From a virus, in the IMG/VR virus record IMGVR_UViG_3300021960_009431: a stretch of DNA of 64,000 nucleotides; one strand, given 5' to 3'. This document shows, piece by piece, positions 46,301-55,462 of the stretch. The number at the start of each line of letters is the position of its first letter. Position 1 is the stretch's first letter. Under the pieces are notes generated by a model. The model did no database searches, had not been told where the DNA came from, and saw only the letters and a program-made list of their open reading frames with translations. The position numbers and the translations under genes are program-made.

Positions 46301-47308
46301 ATGGATTTCTCAAAAGATTTTTTAGGTTATAATTTTATATGGTTTATCGGAGAAGTAGAGGACAGAAATGATCCACTTAGACTTGGTCGTGTAAAGGTAA
46401 GATGTTTTGGTTGGCATTCTACAGATAAAGAATTACAACCTACTAAAAACCTTCCGTGGGCAAGTACAATTCAACCTGTAACAACTCCAGCAAATAGTGC
46501 GTCTGGTTTAACTAAAGGAGTATGGGTATTTGGTTTCTTTTTAGATGGAGATCGAGCACAAAAACCTATGATTATGGGTCATATACCTGGTTATAGATTT
46601 GGATCACCTGGTGAATCAGAATTATCAAGAGCAGCTAGAAATGAAGCTGAATATCTCCCGCCCGGTGATGTATTAAGAGACGGTACTATACTAGAAGAAG
46701 TAATAGTTGACCCTAACGAAGAACAACCAGATGATCCAAAGACTGGTCAAGTAAATAAATGGTCAGAACCAGCTAGACCTACTGATGCTGTTTATCCTAC
46801 TGCTACTGTTAATGCACATGAATCAGGAACTTATACGCAAATTGCTGGGTCAGGTAGATATACTATTCAAACCAATAACGGTAGTTATATTGAAATTGAT
46901 GCAGGTGGTAACGGTAAATGGAAAGTTATTACAGATAATTATGAAATTGTAGGTGGTAGTAAATATGTAGATGTTAGCGGTACAGTTAATATGCATGTTA
47001 AAGGCAATGTGGTAAATAATATTGAAGGTAATTTAGTTGAAAATATTACTGGAAATGTTATTAGAAATATTACAGGTACTTTAACTGAAACTGTTACTGA
47101 AGATGTGACCTACATTAATGAAGCAAAAAGAACTGAACAAATAACAGGTGATGTTAGTATTATAAACGAAGCAAAAAGAACTGAGCAGGTGACTGGTGCA
47201 ATGAAAGAGACATTTGGTGCTGGATTATCTACTAATGTAACTGGTGCATCAACATCATCATCTAGTGGTGCTGTTAAGATCACTGGTTCAACTATTGATT
47301 TGAATTGA
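46301..47308 (+). CDS. 5: Tail spike gp5 (OB-fold plus beta-helix, no lysozyme domain)
   Basis: WFIGEVEDRNDPLRLGRVKVR..G.H, LPWA, GFFLDG; V.G repeats. Confidence 0.92.
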   Translation: MDFSKDFLGYNFIWFIGEVEDRNDPLRLGRVKVRCFGWHSTDKELQPTKNLPWASTIQPVTTPANSASGLTKGVWVFGFFLDGDRAQKPMIMGHIPGYRFGSPGESELSRAARNEAEYLPPGDVLRDGTILEEVIVDPNEEQPDDPKTGQVNKWSEPARPTDAVYPTATVNAHESGTYTQIAGSGRYTIQTNNGSYIEIDAGGNGKWKVITDNYEIVGGSKYVDVSGTVNMHVKGNVVNNIEGNLVENITGNVIRNITGTLTETVTEDVTYINEAKRTEQITGDVSIINEAKRTEQVTGAMKETFGAGLSTNVTGASTSSSSGAVKITGSTIDLN

Positions 47309-47316
47309 GGTAAAAC

Positions 47317-47607
47317 ATGCCAGCTATAACAAGAGTGGGTGATGCACACGTAGGCCATGCCAGTCCAACACCAAGCCCGTTTCATAAAGGGGCATACAGT
47401 GCAGGATCAGGTAACGTGAAAGTAAACGGTAAAGCAGTAGTACGTGTTGGTGACCCTGTATCCTGTGGAGATGCAGCAGCTGCAGGTAGTGGGACTGTTA
47501 AAGTAAATGGAATACCTGTTCATAGAGTCGGAGACGCTACTACAGGTCATGGAAGCTGGGTACCAAATGCATCTGCTGCTGGTTCCTCTAACGTAAACGC
47601 AGGATAA
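47317..47607 (+). CDS. 5.4: PAAR spike-tip protein gp5.4
   Basis: MPAITRVGD, GS..V.VNG...RVGD repeats. Confidence 0.92.
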   Translation: MPAITRVGDAHVGHASPTPSPFHKGAYSAGSGNVKVNGKAVVRVGDPVSCGDAAAAGSGTVKVNGIPVHRVGDATTGHGSWVPNASAAGSSNVNAG

Positions 47608-47611
47608 TTAT

Positions 47612-47785
47612 ATGACACATGAAATGATCGTCTCATTATTTGAGACTTATATAAAAGAAAATGAAAAATTTGAAGTTGGTAACAAAGCAGCGGGTACAAG
47701 AGCAAGAAAAGCTTTATCTGAAATAGGTAAACTAGCAAAAAGTAGACGTCAAGAGATCCAAGTTGTAAAAAATAATGATAAATAG
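47612..47785 (+). CDS. Histone H1-like Hc1-family protein (57 aa, not in ORF track)
   Basis: EKFEVGNKAAGTRARKALSEIGKLAKSRRQE. Confidence 0.75.
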   Translation: MTHEMIVSLFETYIKENEKFEVGNKAAGTRARKALSEIGKLAKSRRQEIQVVKNNDK

Positions 47786-47804
47786 ATAAAAGATAGAGGC
47801 TTAC

Positions 47805-48212
47805 ATGTCTGCAGCAAACCCGCTAACTAATGAAGTAAGATTCAGCGATTTAAGTATTGCGTTTACACCTCACCCGGTGACAGGTCGACCTGTGGTCAAA
47901 AAAAATGCTCAAGCAGTTATTAGCGCATTAAAGAATCTTATCTTAACTAATCAATTTGAACGGCCATACGAGCCAGGTTTTGGCTCTAATATTAGAAACA
48001 GATTATTTGAAAATTTTGATCCTGTAGAAGCGATTAACTTAGAAGAAGATATACGACTTGCAATAGAAAATTTTGAGCCTAGAGTTGAAATAAATGAAAT
48101 AAAAGTTATAAGCAGTCCTGATACTAATACTGTTTCTGTGAATATTAGTTTCTTTGTTGTTAATCAGGCTGATCCAGAAGAACTACAATTAGACATAGAG
48201 AGAGTCCGGTAA
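47805..48212 (+). CDS. 25: Baseplate wedge gp25
   Basis: DL...F..HPVT, NLILT...ERP..P.FGS, NFEPRV; GATAAATA at 47777. Confidence 0.93.
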   Translation: MSAANPLTNEVRFSDLSIAFTPHPVTGRPVVKKNAQAVISALKNLILTNQFERPYEPGFGSNIRNRLFENFDPVEAINLEEDIRLAIENFEPRVEINEIKVISSPDTNTVSVNISFFVVNQADPEELQLDIERVR

Positions 48213-50065
48213 TGCCTGCTAATAACGCGCTGTTACTTTCAGATATAAATTTTGATGATATTAAGAGCAATCTTAAAACATTTTTATCTAATCAAACTGA
48301 ACTAGGAGATTATGATTATGAATCTTCTACTATGCAGACACTTATAAATCTGCTATCATATAACACGTATATGAACTCATACTATCTTAATATGGTAGGC
48401 AATGAGATGTTTCTTGATTCTGCACAAATCCGCAGTAATATTGTATCGCGCGCAAAAATGTTGAACTATACACCGCGATCAGCTCAAGGTCCTACAGCTA
48501 CTGTACAAGTAGTAATAACACCTACCGATACACCAGATTTTATTACTTTAAGTAAAGATATTAAATTTAAAACAACTATAGATGGTTCTCAATACATTTT
48601 TGTTGCTACTGATACAAAAACTATAAATGCTGATTCAGGTGTATATTCAACTAATATTAATATAGTAGAGGGTCGGCCTTTTACATTTCGATATACTGTA
48701 AACAATGCTGAACTTACTCGTTATGTTATACCAGCGGATAATGTAGATACAAGAAGTATTGTTGTTAAAGTACAAACTTCTTCTGCAGATTCTACTGTTA
48801 CTACATTTAATAACGCAGACAGTTTAACAACAGTGTCTGGAACCACAGACGCATACTTTTTAAAAGAAAACGAAGACGGTCGTTATGAGCTAGAATTTGG
48901 TGATGGTGTTTTAGGTTCTGCATTAGATGACGGTAATGTAGTGATAATTGATTATAGAATATGTAATGGATCTGGTGCTCAAGGAGCAAATAATTTTACA
49001 TCAGTTGATAATATTGATGGATACAGTAATATTACTGTCAACCATGTATCGAGAGCACAAGGTGGTGGTGATAAAGAAACATTACAGTCTATCAAATTTA
49101 ATGCACCAAAAAATTATGAAGCTCAAAACAGAGCTGTGACTCGTAAAGACTATGAAACATTAGTAAAGAATCAATTTGCAGATATTCAAACTGTATCAGT
49201 ATGGGGAGGTGAAGACAATACTCCACCTATTTACGGTAGAGTCTATGTTTCTGTAAAGCCGCTTTTAGGTACACTATTAGCTGAAGACAGAAAATCAACT
49301 ATAGCAGATTATTTGAAAGAAAAAAATGTACTAACTATTGAGCCTATTATAGTAGATCCAACTTATCTTTATGTTAAACCTGCAATATTGGTAAAGTATA
49401 ATCCTGATTTAACTTCAGATAATGCAGGCGCAATTACTACCTTAATTCAAAATGCAGTAATTCATTATGAAACTAATAAATTAGGGTTATTTGGTCAAAA
49501 TTATATTAATTCTCAATTAGTAAAAGATATCTATGACACTAATACGTCAATAACATCAATTGAGATAGATGTAAAAATAGAGAAAAAATTTAAGCCTAAT
49601 ACAGCAGTAAGAACTACCTATCAAATACCTTTTAGCAACGCTCTTTATAATCCACACTCTGGTCACAAATACGCTATCAGTTCTACTAAATTTACATATG
49701 AAGGTAGTGCTAATAGTTATTTTGATGATGACGGTAATGGAAATTTAAGAATATACACTCTTACTGAGGCAGGAGCGCGCTCTTATTCTAATAATACTGC
49801 AGGTTCAATTAACTATTTGACAGGACTTGTAACCATTAATGATATAATAATTACAGCTTTTGATGGTGATGGTGTTATTATTACAGCTGATCCAGACAGA
49901 GATGATGTTGATGGAATAAGAAACCAACTATTATTAATAAAAGATGCAACAATTAGTTTATATGATGCTAAGCTGCAACAGACAGTATCAACCATATCTT
50001 CAATTAATACTGAGGGTACCACAACAACAATACCTGAAACTGGTGTTATAACAACGGTATACTAA
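48212..50065 (+). CDS. 6: Baseplate wedge gp6
   Basis: FDDIK.NLK.FL, LLSYNT, E.FLDSA..R..VS.AK, FGDG..G, QNRAVT..DY, WGGE. Confidence 0.95.
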   Translation: MPANNALLLSDINFDDIKSNLKTFLSNQTELGDYDYESSTMQTLINLLSYNTYMNSYYLNMVGNEMFLDSAQIRSNIVSRAKMLNYTPRSAQGPTATVQVVITPTDTPDFITLSKDIKFKTTIDGSQYIFVATDTKTINADSGVYSTNINIVEGRPFTFRYTVNNAELTRYVIPADNVDTRSIVVKVQTSSADSTVTTFNNADSLTTVSGTTDAYFLKENEDGRYELEFGDGVLGSALDDGNVVIIDYRICNGSGAQGANNFTSVDNIDGYSNITVNHVSRAQGGGDKETLQSIKFNAPKNYEAQNRAVTRKDYETLVKNQFADIQTVSVWGGEDNTPPIYGRVYVSVKPLLGTLLAEDRKSTIADYLKEKNVLTIEPIIVDPTYLYVKPAILVKYNPDLTSDNAGAITTLIQNAVIHYETNKLGLFGQNYINSQLVKDIYDTNTSITSIEIDVKIEKKFKPNTAVRTTYQIPFSNALYNPHSGHKYAISSTKFTYEGSANSYFDDDGNGNLRIYTLTEAGARSYSNNTAGSINYLTGLVTINDIIITAFDGDGVIITADPDRDDVDGIRNQLLLIKDATISLYDAKLQQTVSTISSINTEGTTTTIPETGVITTVY

Positions 50066-52560
50066 TGGCTACGGATAATAAAACATCAGTACTAGTAAAT
50101 TCTCTACTACCTGAGTTTTTAGATACAGAAGGACCTAAGTTTCAAGCGTTCGTAAAAGCGTATTACGAATGGATGGAAACAACCGGTCAAATGACTGATC
50201 ACTCTAAAAATATATTAAATAATCAAGATATAGATCAAGCCGCAGAAGAATTTTTAAAATATTTTAAAAGAGAAGTATTAACTGATTTTCCAGAAGAGAT
50301 ATTAGCAGATAAAAGGCTTGTATACAAAAAAATTAAAGACTTGTATAGATCTAAAGGTTCAGAAGAATCTTATAAGCTGTTATTTCGTATTCTATATGAT
50401 GAAGAGGTTGATTTTTATTACCCTGGTCAAGATTTATTAAGAGCATCAGATGGACGTTGGATTCAAGAAACTTCTATAAGACTAACAAAACCTTTTAGAG
50501 GTGATCCTGATTTACTAGCAGGTGAAATTAAAGGTAGGACATCTGGAGCGACTGCAAAAGTAGAACGAGTACAAAACATTTTTGTAGATAATATTGAAAC
50601 ATATGAAGTGTTTGTAACTAATATTGAAGGTACTTTTTTAGATGCCGAAGAAGTGGATAACACCGCTAATAATATATCTGGTACACTTATATCAAGATCG
50701 GGTACTTTACAGAATGTAATTATAACTGATGGCGGCTCAGGACATCAAAGAAATGATTTAGTAACTATTACTAGTGCATCAGGTACAGGTGGACGTGGTA
50801 CTATTACTATTACTACAGGTGGAGCAATTAACAAAGTTGCTGTAACTAATACAGGTTCTGGTTTTGTACGTACTGATCCTCTAATAATTAATAACACCAC
50901 TCGTTCTGCTGTTGATGCGACAGCAGCCGGTCTCTTATCAGCACCTATTGAATATACTGGTCGTTATAACGATGTAAAAGGTTTTCTATCATGGAGTAAT
51001 AAGCTTCAAGATAATAGATATTATCAAGAATATTCTTATGTGTTAAGATCATCACAGGTATTAAATACCTATAAAGAGATTGTAAAAGATGTAGTACATC
51101 CAGCTGGTAAAAGACTTTTTGGCGATGTTTTAATAGATGTAAATATTGATAATACAAGCACATTCGGTATTACTAATCAATTTATTAATTATCAGGAATT
51201 TAATTTAGAAGATGCTATATTTATTCCTCAAGTAGTGTCTGCATCTATTGAACAGTATGAGTCTTCTGGAGATGATGGTGCTATTGTACCACGTCCAGAG
51301 ATTGAAATTGAACAAATTGAAACATTCTTTGATATTGATATTCCTGATGCAGGAACTGGTTATCAGGTTGAAATCGAACTACAAGCTGCTCAACAGTCTG
51401 CATTATTAGCAGCAGATGCTATTATTTCTGCTCAAATTATTTTCATTATACAAGACGTTACTCTTAATACAAGAACTGCTAATTTAGCATTAATACAGTT
51501 AAATGAAGTTTGGTCACCAACTGATCCTGAGACAGATCCTCAATTTGCAAATACAGGTGCGCTTTGGTTAACACCTAACGGTGAGTATTTAACCCCTCAA
51601 ACAGCATCTAATATTCAATTGTTAAGTGATGTAGCAGTTGGATTACATACATTTGGTGTACCAGATGCTACACCTACACTCTCGTTAATTTCTGTAAATA
51701 ATGCTATAATGCCATACAGCTCTTTACCAATTTACGCTTTAGAAGATAAATTGCAAGACGGCTGGGGTCTCAATGAATACTCATCGCCAAGAACAAATAT
51801 AGGCACATATAGTGCAAACACATTAAATAATAGTGTTTCTGATTTTGAAACTAATTTCCCAGGTGTGCCTAGCGATTGGACAGTAGGTTATTCACCGCTT
51901 GAAGTTTCTTCTATAACCTCAACAACAAGTGTACCAACAGACAGTACATTTAATTTTGAGTTTAATGCATTTAGATTAATAGGTGATATACCTGTAGATG
52001 AACTAGACGATAATGTTATTGATCCATTCTATACTAATAAGGACTTTAATTTTGAATTAACTATACCTCTTATTAATTCATTTGGTGATTTCCATCACTT
52101 CCAACAAGCTACAGGTACAATTAATACTGTATTTGTAAATGATTTACTTCTAGCTAACAGCACAGCAATTGCTGATTATCAAGATTACCAACTTCAAGTA
52201 GCTGGTACTAATAGAGTAATTGAAGGTATTGGAACACGATTTGATCTAGAAGCAGAAGCTAATAGTCAAGTGATGCTACGTTATAATGCTAACCCAGCAA
52301 CATTTATTTACAACAAAATTGATACATTAATAGATTCTAATACACTTATACTTACATCTAATGTAGCTGTAAATGTAACTGGTGGAGATATTTTCTTTAC
52401 ACCATTTAAGGTGTATGAAGTACTTATAAATACAGGTATAAATAGTACAGATATTCCAAATGATGCACTTATCAGAATTACAAACACGTTCTCATTTGAT
52501 AGCGCAAATACAACGTTTGATAGTGCAAATACAACTTTTGATCAGATAGAGATAAATTGA
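50065..52560 (+). CDS. 7: Baseplate wedge initiator gp7-like
   Basis: F..F.KAYYE, Y.SKGS..S..LLFR.LY, LQDN.YYQ.YSYV, HPAG; C-terminal FDSANTTFD repeat. Confidence 0.8.
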   Translation: MATDNKTSVLVNSLLPEFLDTEGPKFQAFVKAYYEWMETTGQMTDHSKNILNNQDIDQAAEEFLKYFKREVLTDFPEEILADKRLVYKKIKDLYRSKGSEESYKLLFRILYDEEVDFYYPGQDLLRASDGRWIQETSIRLTKPFRGDPDLLAGEIKGRTSGATAKVERVQNIFVDNIETYEVFVTNIEGTFLDAEEVDNTANNISGTLISRSGTLQNVIITDGGSGHQRNDLVTITSASGTGGRGTITITTGGAINKVAVTNTGSGFVRTDPLIINNTTRSAVDATAAGLLSAPIEYTGRYNDVKGFLSWSNKLQDNRYYQEYSYVLRSSQVLNTYKEIVKDVVHPAGKRLFGDVLIDVNIDNTSTFGITNQFINYQEFNLEDAIFIPQVVSASIEQYESSGDDGAIVPRPEIEIEQIETFFDIDIPDAGTGYQVEIELQAAQQSALLAADAIISAQIIFIIQDVTLNTRTANLALIQLNEVWSPTDPETDPQFANTGALWLTPNGEYLTPQTASNIQLLSDVAVGLHTFGVPDATPTLSLISVNNAIMPYSSLPIYALEDKLQDGWGLNEYSSPRTNIGTYSANTLNNSVSDFETNFPGVPSDWTVGYSPLEVSSITSTTSVPTDSTFNFEFNAFRLIGDIPVDELDDNVIDPFYTNKDFNFELTIPLINSFGDFHHFQQATGTINTVFVNDLLLANSTAIADYQDYQLQVAGTNRVIEGIGTRFDLEAEANSQVMLRYNANPATFIYNKIDTLIDSNTLILTSNVAVNVTGGDIFFTPFKVYEVLINTGINSTDIPNDALIRITNTFSFDSANTTFDSANTTFDQIEIN
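52425..52444 (+). promoter_or_regulatory. Two tandem late promoters
   Basis: TATAAATA at 52425 and 52437, inside the gp7 3' end. Confidence 0.65.
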
Positions 52561-52567
52561 GGAGCTA

Positions 52568-53872
52568 ATGGCTAAGTCAACAATTTTAGTAGGAAGTTCA
52601 GCTGACGATGGTTCAGGTGACAGCTTACGTAACGGCGGTATTAAAATTAATAATAACTTCACTGAAGTGTATAATGCACTTGGTGACGGTACAAATATTG
52701 TTAATATAGCTTCTAATACCTATGTTAATACAACATTTGAAACTAAAGCTATAGCTCTTGCAGCTAATACTGCACAAAATAGTTTGATTAACGATAGATT
52801 GCAAGTTGCTAATGCAAGCGTATTGTATCAAACTAAAGCTGTAGCTCTTACAACTAACAACGCTGTAGTTAATTTAATTAATGATAGAATGCAAGTTGCT
52901 AATACTGTTAATTTAGTAAATGATAGATTGCAAGTTACTAATGCTAATATTACATTTGAAACAAAAGCAGTTGCGTTAGCAGCTAATACTACACAAAATA
53001 ATTTAATCAATGATAGATTACAAGTAGCTAATGCAGATGTTTTATATCAAACTAAAGCTATTGCATTAAGTACTAACACTACATTAGTTACATTAATTAA
53101 TAATCAAACAAAAACTAGATTACAAGTTGCAAACGCTGCAGTAATTTATGCAACTAAAGCTACTGCTCTTTCATCAAACAACTCATTAATTAATTTAATT
53201 AATGACAGAATGCAAGTTGCAAACGCTGAATCAATAGGTATTAGTTCTGCCACTTGGGTAGATGCAAATGATACTATTACATTTACAAGGCCTGATGGAA
53301 CATCACCCGATGCATTAGATATAAAAATTACAGGGTTTGGTGGAGCAGGAGCTACGCAAAACGTTTATGCTACTATAACAGGTGATTCAGGATCAACCAC
53401 CTCTAATGTTGCTAAAGATACACTAACTATTTCAGGAAATAATGGTATTGAAACTTTTGTATCTGGAGACACTTTAAAAGCCCATCTTCATAGATATGAA
53501 CCTTCTATAGCATCACTAGAAGTATCAGCTAATGGATCAGCAGGATATTTATTTGGAAGTCATTATCCTACAGCTCTTGGAAACAATCCAACAATATTTG
53601 CTATTAGTGGAACTACATTAGCGATTGATACAAGAGGGTTAAGTGCCCACCCGTTTGCTATACAGGATGCTGGTGGCAATAATTATAGTAATAATTTAAT
53701 TTATGTTGCTGGTAACGGTGCAGTTAGTGAAGGTGCAGCTGCTCAAGGTAAATACGGTGGAATTCTTTATTGGAGAATCCCGTACAATGTAACCGGTAAT
53801 TTTAAGTATGTGTGTACCGCTCACCCTGCTATGAACGGCGTAATAACAATAAAAAATATTGCTTCTATTTAA
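52568..53872 (+). CDS. gp9/gp10-like baseplate appendage with repeats and a cupredoxin-like C-terminus
   Basis: G...DDG.GD.LR.G..KIN.NF.E.Y N-terminus; NDRLQVAN repeats; AHPF...YVCTAHPAM. Confidence 0.75.
   Translation: MAKSTILVGSSADDGSGDSLRNGGIKINNNFTEVYNALGDGTNIVNIASNTYVNTTFETKAIALAANTAQNSLINDRLQVANASVLYQTKAVALTTNNAVVNLINDRMQVANTVNLVNDRLQVTNANITFETKAVALAANTTQNNLINDRLQVANADVLYQTKAIALSTNTTLVTLINNQTKTRLQVANAAVIYATKATALSSNNSLINLINDRMQVANAESIGISSATWVDANDTITFTRPDGTSPDALDIKITGFGGAGATQNVYATITGDSGSTTSNVAKDTLTISGNNGIETFVSGDTLKAHLHRYEPSIASLEVSANGSAGYLFGSHYPTALGNNPTIFAISGTTLAIDTRGLSAHPFAIQDAGGNNYSNNLIYVAGNGAVSEGAAAQGKYGGILYWRIPYNVTGNFKYVCTAHPAMNGVITIKNIASI
52790..53227 (+). repeat. Degenerate coding repeats (NDR(L/M)QV(A/T)N, about 30-aa unit)
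   Basis: Copies near 52790, 52880, 52919, 53009, about 53114 and 53201. Confidence 0.8.
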
Positions 53873-53880
53873 TATAAATA
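53873..53880 (+). promoter_or_regulatory. Late promoter
   Basis: Exact TATAAATA before gene 8. Confidence 0.75.
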
Positions 53881-53908
53881 GATAAAAATATATTCGGAGA
53901 ACAAACAG

Positions 53909-55444
53909 ATGCCAGGTATTGTAACCAAACGATTTAGAATTCATAATGCTGAACAGTTTCAGGAAGCATTTAGTGAAGCTGTAGATACAAAAATGTATCT
54001 TTTTATTGCTCGTGTTAATACATGGGATAATGGAGACACTGAACCCACACCAGTTGATACTATTAGAGAGTCAAGATTTGAGCCGTGGCGGCAGATGATT
54101 GCAGCAAAACGTGTTCAAGAATCTGATGTATCTTTTTGTGTGCCTCGTTATAACTGGACGTCCGGTACTGTATATTCCGAATATAGCGATACTGATAGTG
54201 GTATGTACGGTAATCAGTTTTATGTCATGACCACTGATTTTAATGTGTATAAATGTTTGTTTAATGATAGAGGTGCAGCATCTACAGTAAAGCCAACTGG
54301 TACTAGCACTTCTATATTCCGTACATCTGATGGTTACAAATGGAAATTTATGTATTCTGTGTCAGCAGCTGATGTTCTCAAGTTTGTTACAACATCATTT
54401 ATTCCTGTAAAAACATTGACAGCAGATGATGGTACTACACAATGGGATATTCAGCAAGCTGCTACTAATAATTCTATTGATATTATTGATGTTACTGCTA
54501 ATGGTTCAGGTTATGCATATAGAGCAAATACTTTTGGTAGTGTAACTAACTCGTCTGTAGTTGTTCTTGATTCAAGTGCTAGTGCAGTTGATGAAGCTTA
54601 CACTGGCTCAGCTATCTATATTTCAGCAGGTTTAGGATCAGGTCAGCTTGCTAATGTTTCAGCATATATTGGTTCATCTAAAACATTAACTTTATCACCA
54701 GCATTTACTACTACTCCAAACAGTACAAGCTCCTACCATATTGGTCCAAAAATTCTAATTACTGGAGATGGTGTACCGGATAGTGCAAAAGCTTATGCTA
54801 ATGCAAGTAGTGGTCAAATTTCTCATATCAATATGATAAGTGTAGGATCTGGTTTCTCTAAAGCTAACGTTCAAATTTCTGGCACAGGTGGTACCGGCGG
54901 TAAAGGTGTTGCAAGATTGTCTCCTCCAGGCGGTCATGGATCAGACCCAGTTGGTGAATTAGGTGGCTTTAATGTAATGTTAAATGTACGTTTAGAAGGT
55001 ACAGAGGGTGGTAATTTTCCGACAAATAATGACTTCCGCACAATCGGAATTCTAAAAGACCCGTTAACTGCTAATGATATTGCAGCTAATGCAGCTGCTT
55101 ATGATACTACAACTAAACTCACTGTAACAAGTATAGCAAGTGGGCCGTTCTTCCAAGATGAAATTGTAAGAGGTACTGCTAACGGTGCTATAGGAAGAGT
55201 AGTAGAGTTTGCTAATACTAACGCTGCTGGTACCGCAGGTGTACTTAAAATAACTGATGTGGCTGGTACATTTGAAACAGAAACTATTACTGGTAATACT
55301 ACATCAGCTACTGCTACTATAGCATCAATTACTAGCAGTGAATTAAAAGCTTACTCAGGGGACATAATCTACAGAGAAAATCGGTCAGTGACAAGTAGAT
55401 CATCTGATCAGGTTGAAGATATTAAGATTGTTGTCCGCTACTAA
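53909..55444 (+). CDS. 8: Baseplate wedge gp8
   Basis: W..MIA.K, PR.NW..G..Y, FYV....VYKCL.N, DGY.WK.MY, SG..IY.ENR..R...Q.E.IK. Confidence 0.92.
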   Translation: MPGIVTKRFRIHNAEQFQEAFSEAVDTKMYLFIARVNTWDNGDTEPTPVDTIRESRFEPWRQMIAAKRVQESDVSFCVPRYNWTSGTVYSEYSDTDSGMYGNQFYVMTTDFNVYKCLFNDRGAASTVKPTGTSTSIFRTSDGYKWKFMYSVSAADVLKFVTTSFIPVKTLTADDGTTQWDIQQAATNNSIDIIDVTANGSGYAYRANTFGSVTNSSVVVLDSSASAVDEAYTGSAIYISAGLGSGQLANVSAYIGSSKTLTLSPAFTTTPNSTSSYHIGPKILITGDGVPDSAKAYANASSGQISHINMISVGSGFSKANVQISGTGGTGGKGVARLSPPGGHGSDPVGELGGFNVMLNVRLEGTEGGNFPTNNDFRTIGILKDPLTANDIAANAAAYDTTTKLTVTSIASGPFFQDEIVRGTANGAIGRVVEFANTNAAGTAGVLKITDVAGTFETETITGNTTSATATIASITSSELKAYSGDIIYRENRSVTSRSSDQVEDIKIVVRY

Positions 55445-55462
55445 ACTAAAGGTTGAATAATA

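Noticed and set aside
47114-47200. 48-bp direct repeat in gp5 as a DGR or recombination cassette
   Set aside because: In-frame duplication of beta-helix units (INEAKRTEQ); no adenine-specific variation or reverse transcriptase seen.
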